From NCBI GenBank assembly GCA_964450435.1, contig CAYVCX010000003.1, positions 56,221 through 120,220 on the forward strand: DNA of 64,000 nt. Reading direction: 5' to 3'. Source of the stretch: an uncultured Anaerolineales bacterium (GTDB taxonomy: Bacteria; Chloroflexota; Anaerolineae; B4-G1). The position numbers were made by a program, and so were the translations under genes. The notes beneath the pieces are model-generated. The model saw nothing but the letters and a program-made list of their open reading frames with translations. It was not told the DNA's origin and ran no database searches. Below, piece after piece: positions 8,115 to 17,400 of this stretch; the stretch's first letter is position 1, and each line of letters begins with the position of its first letter.

Positions 8115-10583
8115 CTATCTCAGCGCTCCAGCCGCTTCTTTCTCCCGACCGTTACCGCCGATCGGGGCGGATTCGATCTCCAGGCTGGCGTCGAATGCGA
8201 GCTCGAGCACTTCGTCCACGTGCTCGACCAACTCGAAACGTAGCTCCTCTCGGATCTCCTGCGGCACTTCGTCCAGGTCGACATCGTTGGCTCTGGGCAG
8301 GATCACGGTCTTCAGCCCGCGCCGATGCGCGGCCAGGACCTTCTGCTTGACGCCGCCAATGGGCAACACTCGCCCCTGCAGCGTCACCTCTCCGGTCATC
8401 CCAATCTCCTCGCGGGCAGGACGGCCGGTCAGCACCGAGATCAACGCGGTTACCAGCGTCACGCCTGCGGATGGGCCATCCTTCGGGATCGCCCCGGCAG
8501 GCACGTGCAAGTGGACGGTCTTGTCCTGTAACGCATCCTTGGGCAGCCCCAGACGCTCTAGCTCGCCCTGCACGAAGCTGAGGCCGATCCGAGCTGACTC
8601 CTTCATCACGTCGCCCAGTTGCCCCGTTAGGAGCAGTTTGTCCTTCCCTTCCATCACGCGTGCCTCAACGAAGAGCACCTTTCCTCCTGTCGGCGTCCAC
8701 GCCAGGCCGGTAGCCACCCCCGGAAGCTCCGTGCGCAGCTGGGCCTCGTCGCGATAGCGCGGCTTACCCAGGAACTCGCGCACCTTGTCCTCGTCGACGA
8801 CCTCGGCGCAGCCAGTATCATCAACCGAGCACTTGGCGACGTGCATAGCCACCTTGCGCAATGCTCGACCGATCTCGCGTTCAAGGTTGCGCACTCCTGC
8901 TTCACGTGTGTAATCGCGGATGATCGTCCGCAGACCACCCTCCGTGAATTCTACCTCATCAGGCTCCAGCCCATTGACCTTGATCTGACGCGGTATCAGA
9001 TAGCCCTCGGCGATTTGGACCTTGTCGTACTCGGTGTACCCATCGATTTCAATGACCTCCATGCGGTCCTGCAATGCCGGTGGTATTGTACTCAATGTGT
9101 TCGCCGTGGTGATGAAGAACACGTCGCTTAGATCGAAATCCAGGTCCAGGTAATGGTCGCGAAACGCGTGGTTCTGCTGTGGATCCAGAACCTCAAGCAG
9201 CGCGCTGGCAGGATCGCCGCGCCAGCTTGAGCTCACCTTGTCGATCTCATCCAGCATAAACACCGGGTTGCGCGTGCCGACGCGCTTGAGCGCCTGGATA
9301 ATCCGCCCAGGCATCGCACCGATGTAGGTGCGCCGGTGCCCCCGAATCTCAGCCTCGTCGCGCAGACCTCCGAGGCTCATGCGTGTGAACTTGCGTCCCA
9401 GAGAGCGCGCAATGGAGCGGCCCAGGCTGGTCTTCCCCACACCTGGCGGGCCGACGAAGCACAGGATCGTCGAAGCATACTCCTCAGGTCTCTCCACGTC
9501 GCGTTCCTGATGAAGCTTCCGGACGGCCAGGAACTCAAGGATGCGCTCCTTCACCTCTTCAAGGCCGTAATGATCCTCCTCCAGCACCCTCTCTGCGTGG
9601 CCCAGATCCAGCCTGTCCTCCGAGAGTTCGTTCCAGGGAAGCTCCAACAGCCAATCGAGATACGTCTTGATGACACCCACCTCCGCTGACTGCGGATGGA
9701 GCTGTGCCAGGCGGTCCAGTTCTCGCTCGGCTTCCTTGCGCGCCTCTTCCGGCAGATCAGCCTGTTCGAGCCGCTTGCGGTATACCTCTGCCTCCGATCC
9801 CTCTCCGTCCTCACCCAGCTCCTTCTGGATAGCTTTGAGCTGCTGACGCAGGTAGTACTCGCGTTGCGTCTTCTCCATCTCTGTCTGGGCCTCTTCCCGA
9901 ATCTCCTCGCTGACCTCCAGAACCTCGAGTTCGTGCTGCATGATGCTAAGCAATGAGCGCATCTGATTGGTCAGACCTGCCCCGGACAGTACCTCTTGTG
10001 CTTGCTCGACGTCTAGCTGGAGATTCGATGCAAGTGCGTAAAGCAGCACATCCGGCTCGGCGACCTGATTCAGCATTTCGATCGCCTCTTCCGGCACTTG
10101 AGGGAAATAGGAGACCATGCGGCGGGCCAGGGCGAGCAGCTCACGCCGCAGCGCCTCGACCTCCGTCTGGTTATCGACGTGCTCAGGCAACGGCTCAAGG
10201 TGGGCCTTCAGGTATGGCTCCTCGGCCAGCCACTCAGTAACTTCCACGCGGCGCAAACCCCGTGCAATGATCTGAAACTTGGCGTGCTCGTCATCCTCCA
10301 GGCGAACCACCCGCTCGATCCGAGCCAGGGTCCCCACCTGATACACTCCGTCTGGTCCGGGCTCCTCGACGGAGGGGTCGGTCATCGCAGTCAGCATCAC
10401 TAGGCGCTCGCCGTCGAGCGCATCCTCCAGCAGTTGCACCGAACGCGGAATGCCGATTGCCAGTGGTATCAACGTGTGGGGGAAAGCCACCAAGTTACGC
10501 AATGGCAGAACCGGTAGTTCGTGCGGCAGATCGCCGCTGAACAATCCGTCGTCGTCCGTATTCTGAATTAGCGAATGTAGCAT
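8115..10583 (-). CDS. lon: ATP-dependent Lon protease
   Basis: 822 aa with the Lon N-domain, Walker A GPPGVGKTS and the S16 protease domain (DGPSAGVTLVTALISVLTG). Confidence 0.93.
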   Translation of the reverse strand: MLHSLIQNTDDDGLFSGDLPHELPVLPLRNLVAFPHTLIPLAIGIPRSVQLLEDALDGERLVMLTAMTDPSVEEPGPDGVYQVGTLARIERVVRLEDDEHAKFQIIARGLRRVEVTEWLAEEPYLKAHLEPLPEHVDNQTEVEALRRELLALARRMVSYFPQVPEEAIEMLNQVAEPDVLLYALASNLQLDVEQAQEVLSGAGLTNQMRSLLSIMQHELEVLEVSEEIREEAQTEMEKTQREYYLRQQLKAIQKELGEDGEGSEAEVYRKRLEQADLPEEARKEAERELDRLAQLHPQSAEVGVIKTYLDWLLELPWNELSEDRLDLGHAERVLEEDHYGLEEVKERILEFLAVRKLHQERDVERPEEYASTILCFVGPPGVGKTSLGRSIARSLGRKFTRMSLGGLRDEAEIRGHRRTYIGAMPGRIIQALKRVGTRNPVFMLDEIDKVSSSWRGDPASALLEVLDPQQNHAFRDHYLDLDFDLSDVFFITTANTLSTIPPALQDRMEVIEIDGYTEYDKVQIAEGYLIPRQIKVNGLEPDEVEFTEGGLRTIIRDYTREAGVRNLEREIGRALRKVAMHVAKCSVDDTGCAEVVDEDKVREFLGKPRYRDEAQLRTELPGVATGLAWTPTGGKVLFVEARVMEGKDKLLLTGQLGDVMKESARIGLSFVQGELERLGLPKDALQDKTVHLHVPAGAIPKDGPSAGVTLVTALISVLTGRPAREEIGMTGEVTLQGRVLPIGGVKQKVLAAHRRGLKTVILPRANDVDLDEVPQEIREELRFELVEHVDEVLELAFDASLEIESAPIGGNGREKEAAGALR

Positions 10584-10760
10584 ATAGGCACCTCAAATCT
10601 GAGACGAAAACTGTCTCTGTTTCGCATACGGCTCATGCGTACCTAGCCCAGATTATGGTCGGTCGGCATAGGAAAGCCATTAACGCCGGATATGAATGAC
10701 ATAATAACCTGTAACCGAGGCTATGCGCCCCGCCCGGCCGACCGTGGTGCTCAGAGACGC

Positions 10761-10802
10761 CAAGAGTGGGTAGGCTCTTGTCTCACGCCTATCCCACTCT
10801 TG
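10761..10802. other. long perfect hairpin (14/15-bp arms, 13-nt loop) in the lon upstream / radical-SAM downstream intergenic region
   Basis: CAAGAGTGGGTAGG...CCTATCCCACTCTTG, with no U-tract on either strand. Confidence 0.5.
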
Positions 10803-11062
10803 CGCGCCGGTCCGACGATCGCGTCTATGCCCCGCTCTTCACGGCTTTGCTGCAGAACTGTCGGGTGAGCAGGTCGCAGAAGGCTCACCCGCCGAGTGCG
10901 ACGACCTCCGGTATCCCCCGGCACAACCGGTACGCGTGGCCTCTATCCCTGTCGGTTTCTCACTGAGCCCGGGTGGCCACTCAGTGGCAGCGTGATGGAA
11001 CTGCAGCGAAGCATCAGCTGTTCGCTCTACTGCGTCCGATGATCCGGTGCCCGCCACGTAAG

Positions 11063-12658
11063 CTATGATGCGCCTGCCGCCCGCTGCTCGGGTTCCACGA
11101 GCTGGCGGAGCCGCCTGATGTACGCCTGCGAAGTCGACTGGCTGAGCCAATCTCTGATGTGCTTGTGGCCGTAGAGACGCAACATTGGCACTGCCAGGAT
11201 GTCCTGCAGTCGCTTCCACGATTCGTGGGACAAGGCATCCCGCAGCACACCCATAAGGTCGGGCCAGCGCGATGGCAGCAGGGAGAGGAACGCCACTCGC
11301 GGAAGTTGCATGCGCAGCTTCCTTTCGCGCCACAGGAGGCCCATCAGGAAGGGCAGATTGCGCGTCACGTTGGACATGAAAAGAGTCAGCACGTGCTTCC
11401 CAGAGTAGAACCGGGCCATAGCGCGACAGACGCCCATCTGGAGCTCATATGCGGTCATCTGCTTGGGTTCGACAACGCAGTGATGCCCATCGTACAAGCT
11501 CAGGTCGTCCGTCAGGAGGCGATTCTGCTCGAGCATTCGCTCATAGAAGGGTGTCCCCGGGCAGGGCGTGAGCATCAGGAACTGGACGGTGTCGATCTCA
11601 TTCTCGAGTGCAAAGTCGACCGTTCTATCGAAGATACTTTTCTCGTCCGTGTCGGCGCCGAGGACGAACATACCGTGTACCCGAATGTCGTACTCGTGAA
11701 AAGCTTGCACGCTGTCGCGGACATCCCTGATGTCTTGATGTTTGTTGTAGGCTTCCAGAGTTGCTTGGCTCACGGATTCGAAGCCGCAGTAGACCTGCCT
11801 GCAGCCCGAATTGCGCATGAGACTCAGCAATTCGTGGTCCAGCTCACGGCTGCGTCGGTCTGCGTATACTGCCTCGGCACGCATCTGCGCCGACCATTGC
11901 GGCGTGATGCCCCGCTCAATCATCCCTCGTAGCAAAGCCTTGGTGCGCCGCTTGTCGACAACGAAGTTGTCATCGTAGAAGAAGACGTCGCCGCGGCCGC
12001 GATAGCTCTCCAGTTCGTCCAACACATTCTCAATGGCGCGTGCGCGTACCCGCCGCCCGAACATATGGATCACCGAGCAGAAATCGCAGTCGAAAGGACA
12101 GCCCCATTGAGTCATAATCGGGATGTTTGTCATCCGCTCTTGCCCGACGATGAGATCCAGCGCCGGAGCTGGGAGTGTTGCGAATTCTTCGGGTGGACAG
12201 GGCGCACGATCGGGATTGTGCACTGGCTGCCCCATCCGGTCGTGAAACGAGAGCCCCGGGATGCCAGCCAGGTTGTGACCTCCCTCGAGCGCAGCGACCA
12301 ACTGCGGCATCGTCTCCTGCCCCTCTCGACGCACCACGAAGTCACAGTGTTTCAGCCCCTCGCCGGGAAGGAACGTGGCATGGGGCCCTCCGATGACCGT
12401 CGGAATCCCCATGTCGCGTACCCGCCCCGCCATTCTGTAGGCAACCGGGGTCGTCGCTGTGGTAGTCGAGAAACCGACCAAATCGGCCTCCCCGATGTCG
12501 TCCCAGTCGACGGGGGCCAGTGTCTCCACGTAGATGCGCACGTCGTGCCCCTGGTCAGCCAGTACACGCCCTATCAACGGCAGCCCGAGGCGCGGCAAGA
12601 GCGCGCGGTCAAAGACGTTGAGCCCGGGGGCTTTAGGCTCTATCAATCGAATCTTCAC
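11063..12658 (-). CDS. B12-binding domain radical SAM protein (class B)
   Basis: N-terminal cobalamin-binding-like domain (VGFSTTTATTPVAYRMAGRVRDMGIPTVIGGPHATF) and radical-SAM CPFDCDFC. GTG start with AGGAGG upstream. 531 aa. Confidence 0.75.
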   Translation of the reverse strand: MKIRLIEPKAPGLNVFDRALLPRLGLPLIGRVLADQGHDVRIYVETLAPVDWDDIGEADLVGFSTTTATTPVAYRMAGRVRDMGIPTVIGGPHATFLPGEGLKHCDFVVRREGQETMPQLVAALEGGHNLAGIPGLSFHDRMGQPVHNPDRAPCPPEEFATLPAPALDLIVGQERMTNIPIMTQWGCPFDCDFCSVIHMFGRRVRARAIENVLDELESYRGRGDVFFYDDNFVVDKRRTKALLRGMIERGITPQWSAQMRAEAVYADRRSRELDHELLSLMRNSGCRQVYCGFESVSQATLEAYNKHQDIRDVRDSVQAFHEYDIRVHGMFVLGADTDEKSIFDRTVDFALENEIDTVQFLMLTPCPGTPFYERMLEQNRLLTDDLSLYDGHHCVVEPKQMTAYELQMGVCRAMARFYSGKHVLTLFMSNVTRNLPFLMGLLWRERKLRMQLPRVAFLSLLPSRWPDLMGVLRDALSHESWKRLQDILAVPMLRLYGHKHIRDWLSQSTSQAYIRRLRQLVEPEQRAAGAS

Positions 12659-12927
12659 AATGTCCTCCTGTGTTCGTCCGTTCGACAGAGGGCTTTCATC
12701 CTAACATTGGCCCCATCAAGTCGATGGGTTCCATCCAGATGTGGGGTTGTCGTCCCAGAGAGCCCAAGTGTCGATATCCAACATCCCGTGCGTTCGCGGC
12801 GGACACGACCTCGCACGGTCGAGTACGTTCAGCTTGGCTTAGGTTGCGCTCAAGGGCGAGTTCGCTGTGGAGGCTGAACAGCCTGTGTGGGTCCCGTTGC
12901 GAACGCGCCGGGTATCTCGGACGCTTC

Positions 12928-13425
12928 CTAAGGCTGTAAGGTTGGACAGGATCGCGCTCTGAGGGGACGGATCAGAGGCAAGGAGGTACACGAAGAAAGA
13001 CCAACGGGGGGAAACTGATTCAGTGCCGGAGCCGACACAGACAGACGAGGCTGACGATCTCTTCTCGACAGCCACTGGAGCACGAGACCCAGACACACTT
13101 CAAACAACGCCTGCGCTGCGCTTTCTTCGGTCGAGAGATCGTCAGCGTTCGCTTTGTTGGTGCGGGCCATCAAGAGGATTTGTTCTAGGGACAGGCTCAG
13201 ATGGGGTGCTGCCCTGCGCAGTCCGTTCAGCCGCCGCCGACCATCGAGCATTAGCCCCCGGCCCAACGCTTCGGCGTGGGCAGCGCTGCCGTTCAAAGCT
13301 TGTGAGAATGCGACCATGATCTGCAACAAGAAGACTGGCTGCACTTGGGGTAGTCTCTTGAGGGAGACTGTGTGTCGCAAGGACACAAGCAAGCGTCGAC
13401 CCTTCCTATTCCTCCGTAAGGACAT
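12928..13425 (-). CDS. hypothetical Arg/Leu-rich 165-aa ORF; coding status doubtful
   Basis: Its ATG lies 9 nt downstream of a consensus minus-strand promoter, so it is near-leaderless. No recognisable motifs, and the R/L/S-rich composition is typical of spurious high-GC ORFs. Confidence 0.25.
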   Translation of the reverse strand: MSLRRNRKGRRLLVSLRHTVSLKRLPQVQPVFLLQIMVAFSQALNGSAAHAEALGRGLMLDGRRRLNGLRRAAPHLSLSLEQILLMARTNKANADDLSTEESAAQALFEVCLGLVLQWLSRRDRQPRLSVSAPALNQFPPVGLSSCTSLPLIRPLRARSCPTLQP

Positions 13426-13434
13426 CGTAGAGGC

Positions 13435-13464
13435 ATTATAGTTGGTCGCAGTGAGAAGTCAAGC
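13435..13464 (-). promoter_or_regulatory. sigma-A promoter on the minus strand upstream of the B12-radical-SAM gene
   Basis: On the minus strand: TTGACT, a 16-nt spacer, then TATAAT. Confidence 0.45.
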
Positions 13465-13524
13465 GTGCGGCGGCCAGGAACAGCAATGCAGCTTGGTTCG
13501 CCTGTCTGGCCCTGGGGGTTTGCC

Positions 13525-13553
13525 TTGATTGGCGTCTTACTTCGTGATATAAT
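13525..13553 (+). promoter_or_regulatory. sigma-A promoter of the STAS/partner-switching operon
   Basis: TTGATT, a 17-nt spacer, then TATAAT. AAGGAGG SD precedes the ATG at 13599. Confidence 0.5.
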
Positions 13554-13598
13554 CTCCGTTCCTCAATCTTACAGTCGCATGCTATCAAGGAGGTAGGG

Positions 13599-13934
13599 AT
13601 GGAAATCGCCACGCGGGATTTTAAGCGCTGTACTCTGATCGAGGTCTCCGGGCGCATCGACAGCGCTACCGCACCGCAACTGGGAGGGGTCCTCAACGAT
13701 CTCACGGAGCAAGGGCAATACAACCTCGTGCTCGATATGGGCGACGTCGATTTCATCTCCAGTGCAGGATTACGGGTCCTCATCGACACTCAGAAGACCT
13801 GTCAGCGTCTGAACCGCGGGCAATTGGTCTTGGCTGACGTGCCCGAGCCTATCTACGAGGCCTTGGACCTGGCCGGATTCCTGGCTCTGTTCGACTTCCA
13901 CGATGAGGTAGTGGACGCAGTCGGAAGCTTCTAG
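13599..13934 (+). CDS. STAS-domain anti-sigma-factor antagonist (RsbV/SpoIIAA-like)
   Basis: 111 aa with DMGDVDFISSAGLRVLID, which is typical of the STAS fold including a phosphorylatable serine. Confidence 0.8.
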   Translation: MEIATRDFKRCTLIEVSGRIDSATAPQLGGVLNDLTEQGQYNLVLDMGDVDFISSAGLRVLIDTQKTCQRLNRGQLVLADVPEPIYEALDLAGFLALFDFHDEVVDAVGSF

Positions 13935-14005
13935 TGGGCAAGCATCCCCAAGCCCAGACGTGAAGCGGAGATCAATCCTCTTCAAGTCTGTGACGTTGCT
14001 TTCTC

Positions 14006-14434
14006 ATGAACACGACAAGGACGAGAGTTTTCCCTGCTTGCTACGAGAGCCTCGCAGAGATCGATCGCTTCGTCGCTTCAGCAGCCGAGCAGGCGAGCTT
14101 CGACGAGTGCACGGCCTATCAGGTCAGACTGGCGGTGGACGAAGCGTGTAGCAACATTATCGATCACGCCTATGGGGGCGAGGGCGAGGGCATTATCGAG
14201 TGTAGCTATCACATCAAGGATGAGGATTTCGTCATCACCCTCCGCGATACCGGTGAGGCCTTCGCCCCCGATACCGTGCCCGAACCGGACCTGAGTTGCG
14301 ATCTTGAGGAGCGAACGGGAGGAGGGTTGGGGCTCTATCTCATCCGGCGGATTATGGATGAGGTGGAGTTCGACTTCGAATCAGAGGCTGGCAACGTATT
14401 GACCATGGTCAAGCACAGGCGTGCCACCTGTTGA
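14006..14434 (+). CDS. anti-sigma regulatory factor, HATPase_c Ser/Thr kinase (RsbW/SpoIIAB-like)
   Basis: 142 aa containing EACSNIIDHAY and GGGLGLYLIRRIMDEV, which are GHKL ATPase motifs. Confidence 0.8.
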   Translation: MNTTRTRVFPACYESLAEIDRFVASAAEQASFDECTAYQVRLAVDEACSNIIDHAYGGEGEGIIECSYHIKDEDFVITLRDTGEAFAPDTVPEPDLSCDLEERTGGGLGLYLIRRIMDEVEFDFESEAGNVLTMVKHRRATC

Positions 14435-17400
14435 GCCCCCACGCCAAACCGACGGTCGCCGACCGACCCTGTTCAATGGCACTCGTGCGTTAGGGGCACA
14501 GTCGTCTGGATACCCTGAAATGAATCCAGTAAGCAACTCCTCCATGCGTTCGGAGTGGCGTCACCTTATCGAGCTGGGCCGGGAGCTGATGAACCAGCCG
14601 AGGATCGCCAGGCAGCAGGCGCTGATCCTGCAGGCCGCAGCAGACCTGGTCGGGGCAAGAGCCACGCTGTGGCTCAGCGAGGAGGTCCGCGGGCTGCCGG
14701 AGGCAGGAGATCTGGCCTCAGCTTCCGAGTCACCTTCTCTGATGATGCGCCGTGCGCTGGAGAGCGCGAGCTCAGTCATCGAGGATGGGACCATCGCGCT
14801 GCCTCTTCGAACCCCTGAGGGCATCTTGGGCGTCCTCGAAGCGAAGCGTCCAGAAGGGCCAGCCTTTGACGACGAAGAGCTGATGCTGCTCCAGGGGCTC
14901 GCGACGCAGGCTGCCACTGCTCTCCAGGCAAGTCGTCAGGTGGCCCTCGAACGCTGGCGACTTGATCAACTCTCGTTGGTGCGTAGTGTCAGTGCTGAGG
15001 TGGCAGCCATCCTCGATCTGGACGACCTCGCTCGGCGGGTCACCAGCCTCGTTCTTCGTGCCTTCAAGTACTATTACGTGGCCCTTTTCACCTTGGAGCC
15101 CGATCAGGACACGCTGTTGTGTCGGGCGAGTGCTGCGTCCCTCCGCTCTGGGGTGGCAGGGGAAGAGCGCCGACCCCCGACGCCCTCTGTCCGGCTCGGT
15201 CAGGGAATCGTGGGCCACGTGGCGGAAGTGGGGCAGGAGATTGTGGCCGGAGATGTCAGCCGTGAGCCTCACTATCGTCACGTGGATGTCCTGCCCGAGA
15301 CGAAGTCCGAGGCTGCCCTGCCGCTGAAGATCGAGGAGCGGGTGCTGGGCGTCCTCGACGTGCAGAGCAATCAACGGGAGCGCTTTGACGAAACGGATCT
15401 GCTGACACTGGGTGCCCTGGCGGATCAGATTGCTATTGCAGTGGAGAATGCTCGTCTCTACAGCGATTTGCACCGCCGTGCCGATCAGCTCTCGGCTGTG
15501 TCGGAGGTCGGCCGCGCGGTTGCCTCCGTCCTGGATCTTGACGATCTGCTCGGCAAGGTGGCGGTGCTCATCCACGAGCAATTTGGCTATCCCTTTGTTC
15601 ATCTCTATACCATAGATCCCGTGCGGCAGAAGGTCGTCTACCGCACAGGGTGGCCTCCGAACGCCCCGGCGGTGTTCGAGGACGGATACCCGGAGTGCAG
15701 CCTGGCGGACACAGAAGGAATCGTAGCCTGGGTGGCGTGCCACGGCGAGACGGTGCTTTCCAATGACCTGCGCGCCGACTCCCGCCATCGTCCCTCCATC
15801 GCATCGTCCGTCGACGCCCGCGCTCAGTTGGCGGTGCCGCTCGCCTTTGGCGGAGAGGTCCTGGGTGTGCTTGACGTGCAGAGCGACCAGCAAGATGCTT
15901 TTTCGGACGATGACCGGTTCGTGTTCGAGACGCTGGCCGATAGCGTGGCCATCGCCATCCGCAACGCGAACTTGTACCAATCAGAGCGATGGCGCCGACA
16001 GGTCGCAGACAGTATGCGGGACGTGGCGGGACTTCTCTCGTCGGGCATCGAGCTCGATGAGGTGCTGGACGCGATTCTGACGAGGTTAGAGGAGCTTCTG
16101 CCGTGCGACGCGTCGGCTATCTGGCTGCTGCAGGATGGCATCCTCTGTCTGTCCGCGGTCCACGGCACCACAGAGCGGATGTGTGTGAATGAGTCGCTGC
16201 TCGACGCCGACGCCTGGCTGCGGCGAGCTCTCCTTGCCGACCAGCCTATCGTCCGTAAACCGACCGCGCCGATTGAACCCCTCGGGCACGCCCTGGGTTT
16301 TCCACCTGATTACTCTGCCATCGCGGCTCCGCTGCGCGCCGGCGATCGGTGGCTTGGGCTGCTGGTCTTGGCTCACAGGACGCCCGGTCGGTACGGTCCG
16401 GAATCGCGGACGATGACGGCGGCGTTTGCCAGCTACGCCTCCGTCGCAATCGAGAACACTCGTCTTTACCAGACGGCCCAGGAGCAGGCTTACATCTCGA
16501 CGGTGCTTCTGCAGGTCGCGGAGGCGACGCAATCGTTGGTGACCTTGGACGAGGTGCTCGAGACCGTCGTGCGGCTCATGCCTATGCTCGTCGGCGTGAA
16601 GCGCTGTGCGCTGCTCCTCTGGGACGAGACCAGCGAGGAATTTCTGCCTGTGGCCGCCTGCGGACTCGACCACGAGCAGCGGCACACCTTCGACCGCATT
16701 CGAATCAAGGCGAGCGAGGTCCCCACGCTTGATCAGGTCCGCGCTGTAAAGGATGCGGTGTTCGTCGATGTGGCGGCGGACGAGACGTGGAATTCGCTGC
16801 CTCCCCCTCTCGGGACGTTCGAGTCACCGCTTCTGCTACCATTGCTCGCCCACGGGGAGGTGTTGGGGGCAATGGTCGTGGATCAACAGAGCGATGAGTT
16901 TGTCCGCGAGCCTGACGGAATGCACGAGGACCGGCTTACCATATTGCGCGGGGTGGCGTATCAGGCAGCTGCGGCTGCCGAGAATGCTCGTCTCTTGGAG
17001 GCGCGGCAGGAGGAGGCCTACGTGTCCGCTGCCCTCCTGCAGGTTGCCCAGGCCGTGGTCAGCTTGAATGACCTCGACACGATTCTCGAGGCCATCGTCC
17101 GCATTACCCCCATGCTCGTGGGCGTTGAGTGGTGTACTATCTTTCTGTGGAGCGACGAGGACGGTGTCTTCCGGCCGACGAAGACCTACGGTGGTTCTCC
17201 GCTGAGTCGGCCCCTGGCCCGCGGTGAGTTCCCGCTGCTCGACGCCGTCCGTGAAACAAATCAACCCATCGTCCTGGATAGGCGTGATGAGATTGACGAG
17301 CTCGTTCCAGGCGAGTTGATGGTGCAACTCCTGGGGGAGACGCCCCGGAAGATAGCCACTCTTGTGGCTGCCCCTCTATCCGTGAAGGGCAGCGTGATGG

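Noticed and set aside
10620-10650. GAGCCGTATGCG resembling the 5' half of a group-II intron domain V
   Set aside because: The 3' half (..CGUACGGUUC) and the GAAA-loop context are absent. It is just a short palindrome, CGCATACGGCTCATGCG.
12659-12760. SAM-I riboswitch-like GGGGCC...GAUGAAAGCCC in the radical-SAM leader
   Set aside because: The spacing and conserved core (GGAGGGA, GCAACC) do not match SAM-I.
13060-13075. GCCACTGG resembling the B12-box of cobalamin riboswitches
   Set aside because: It is on the plus strand, which is the wrong strand for regulating the minus-strand B12-radical-SAM gene. The other conserved cobalamin-riboswitch blocks are not present nearby.
14772-15980. 402-aa minus-strand ORF
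   Set aside because: Antisense within the multi-GAF phosphatase gene. A shadow ORF.
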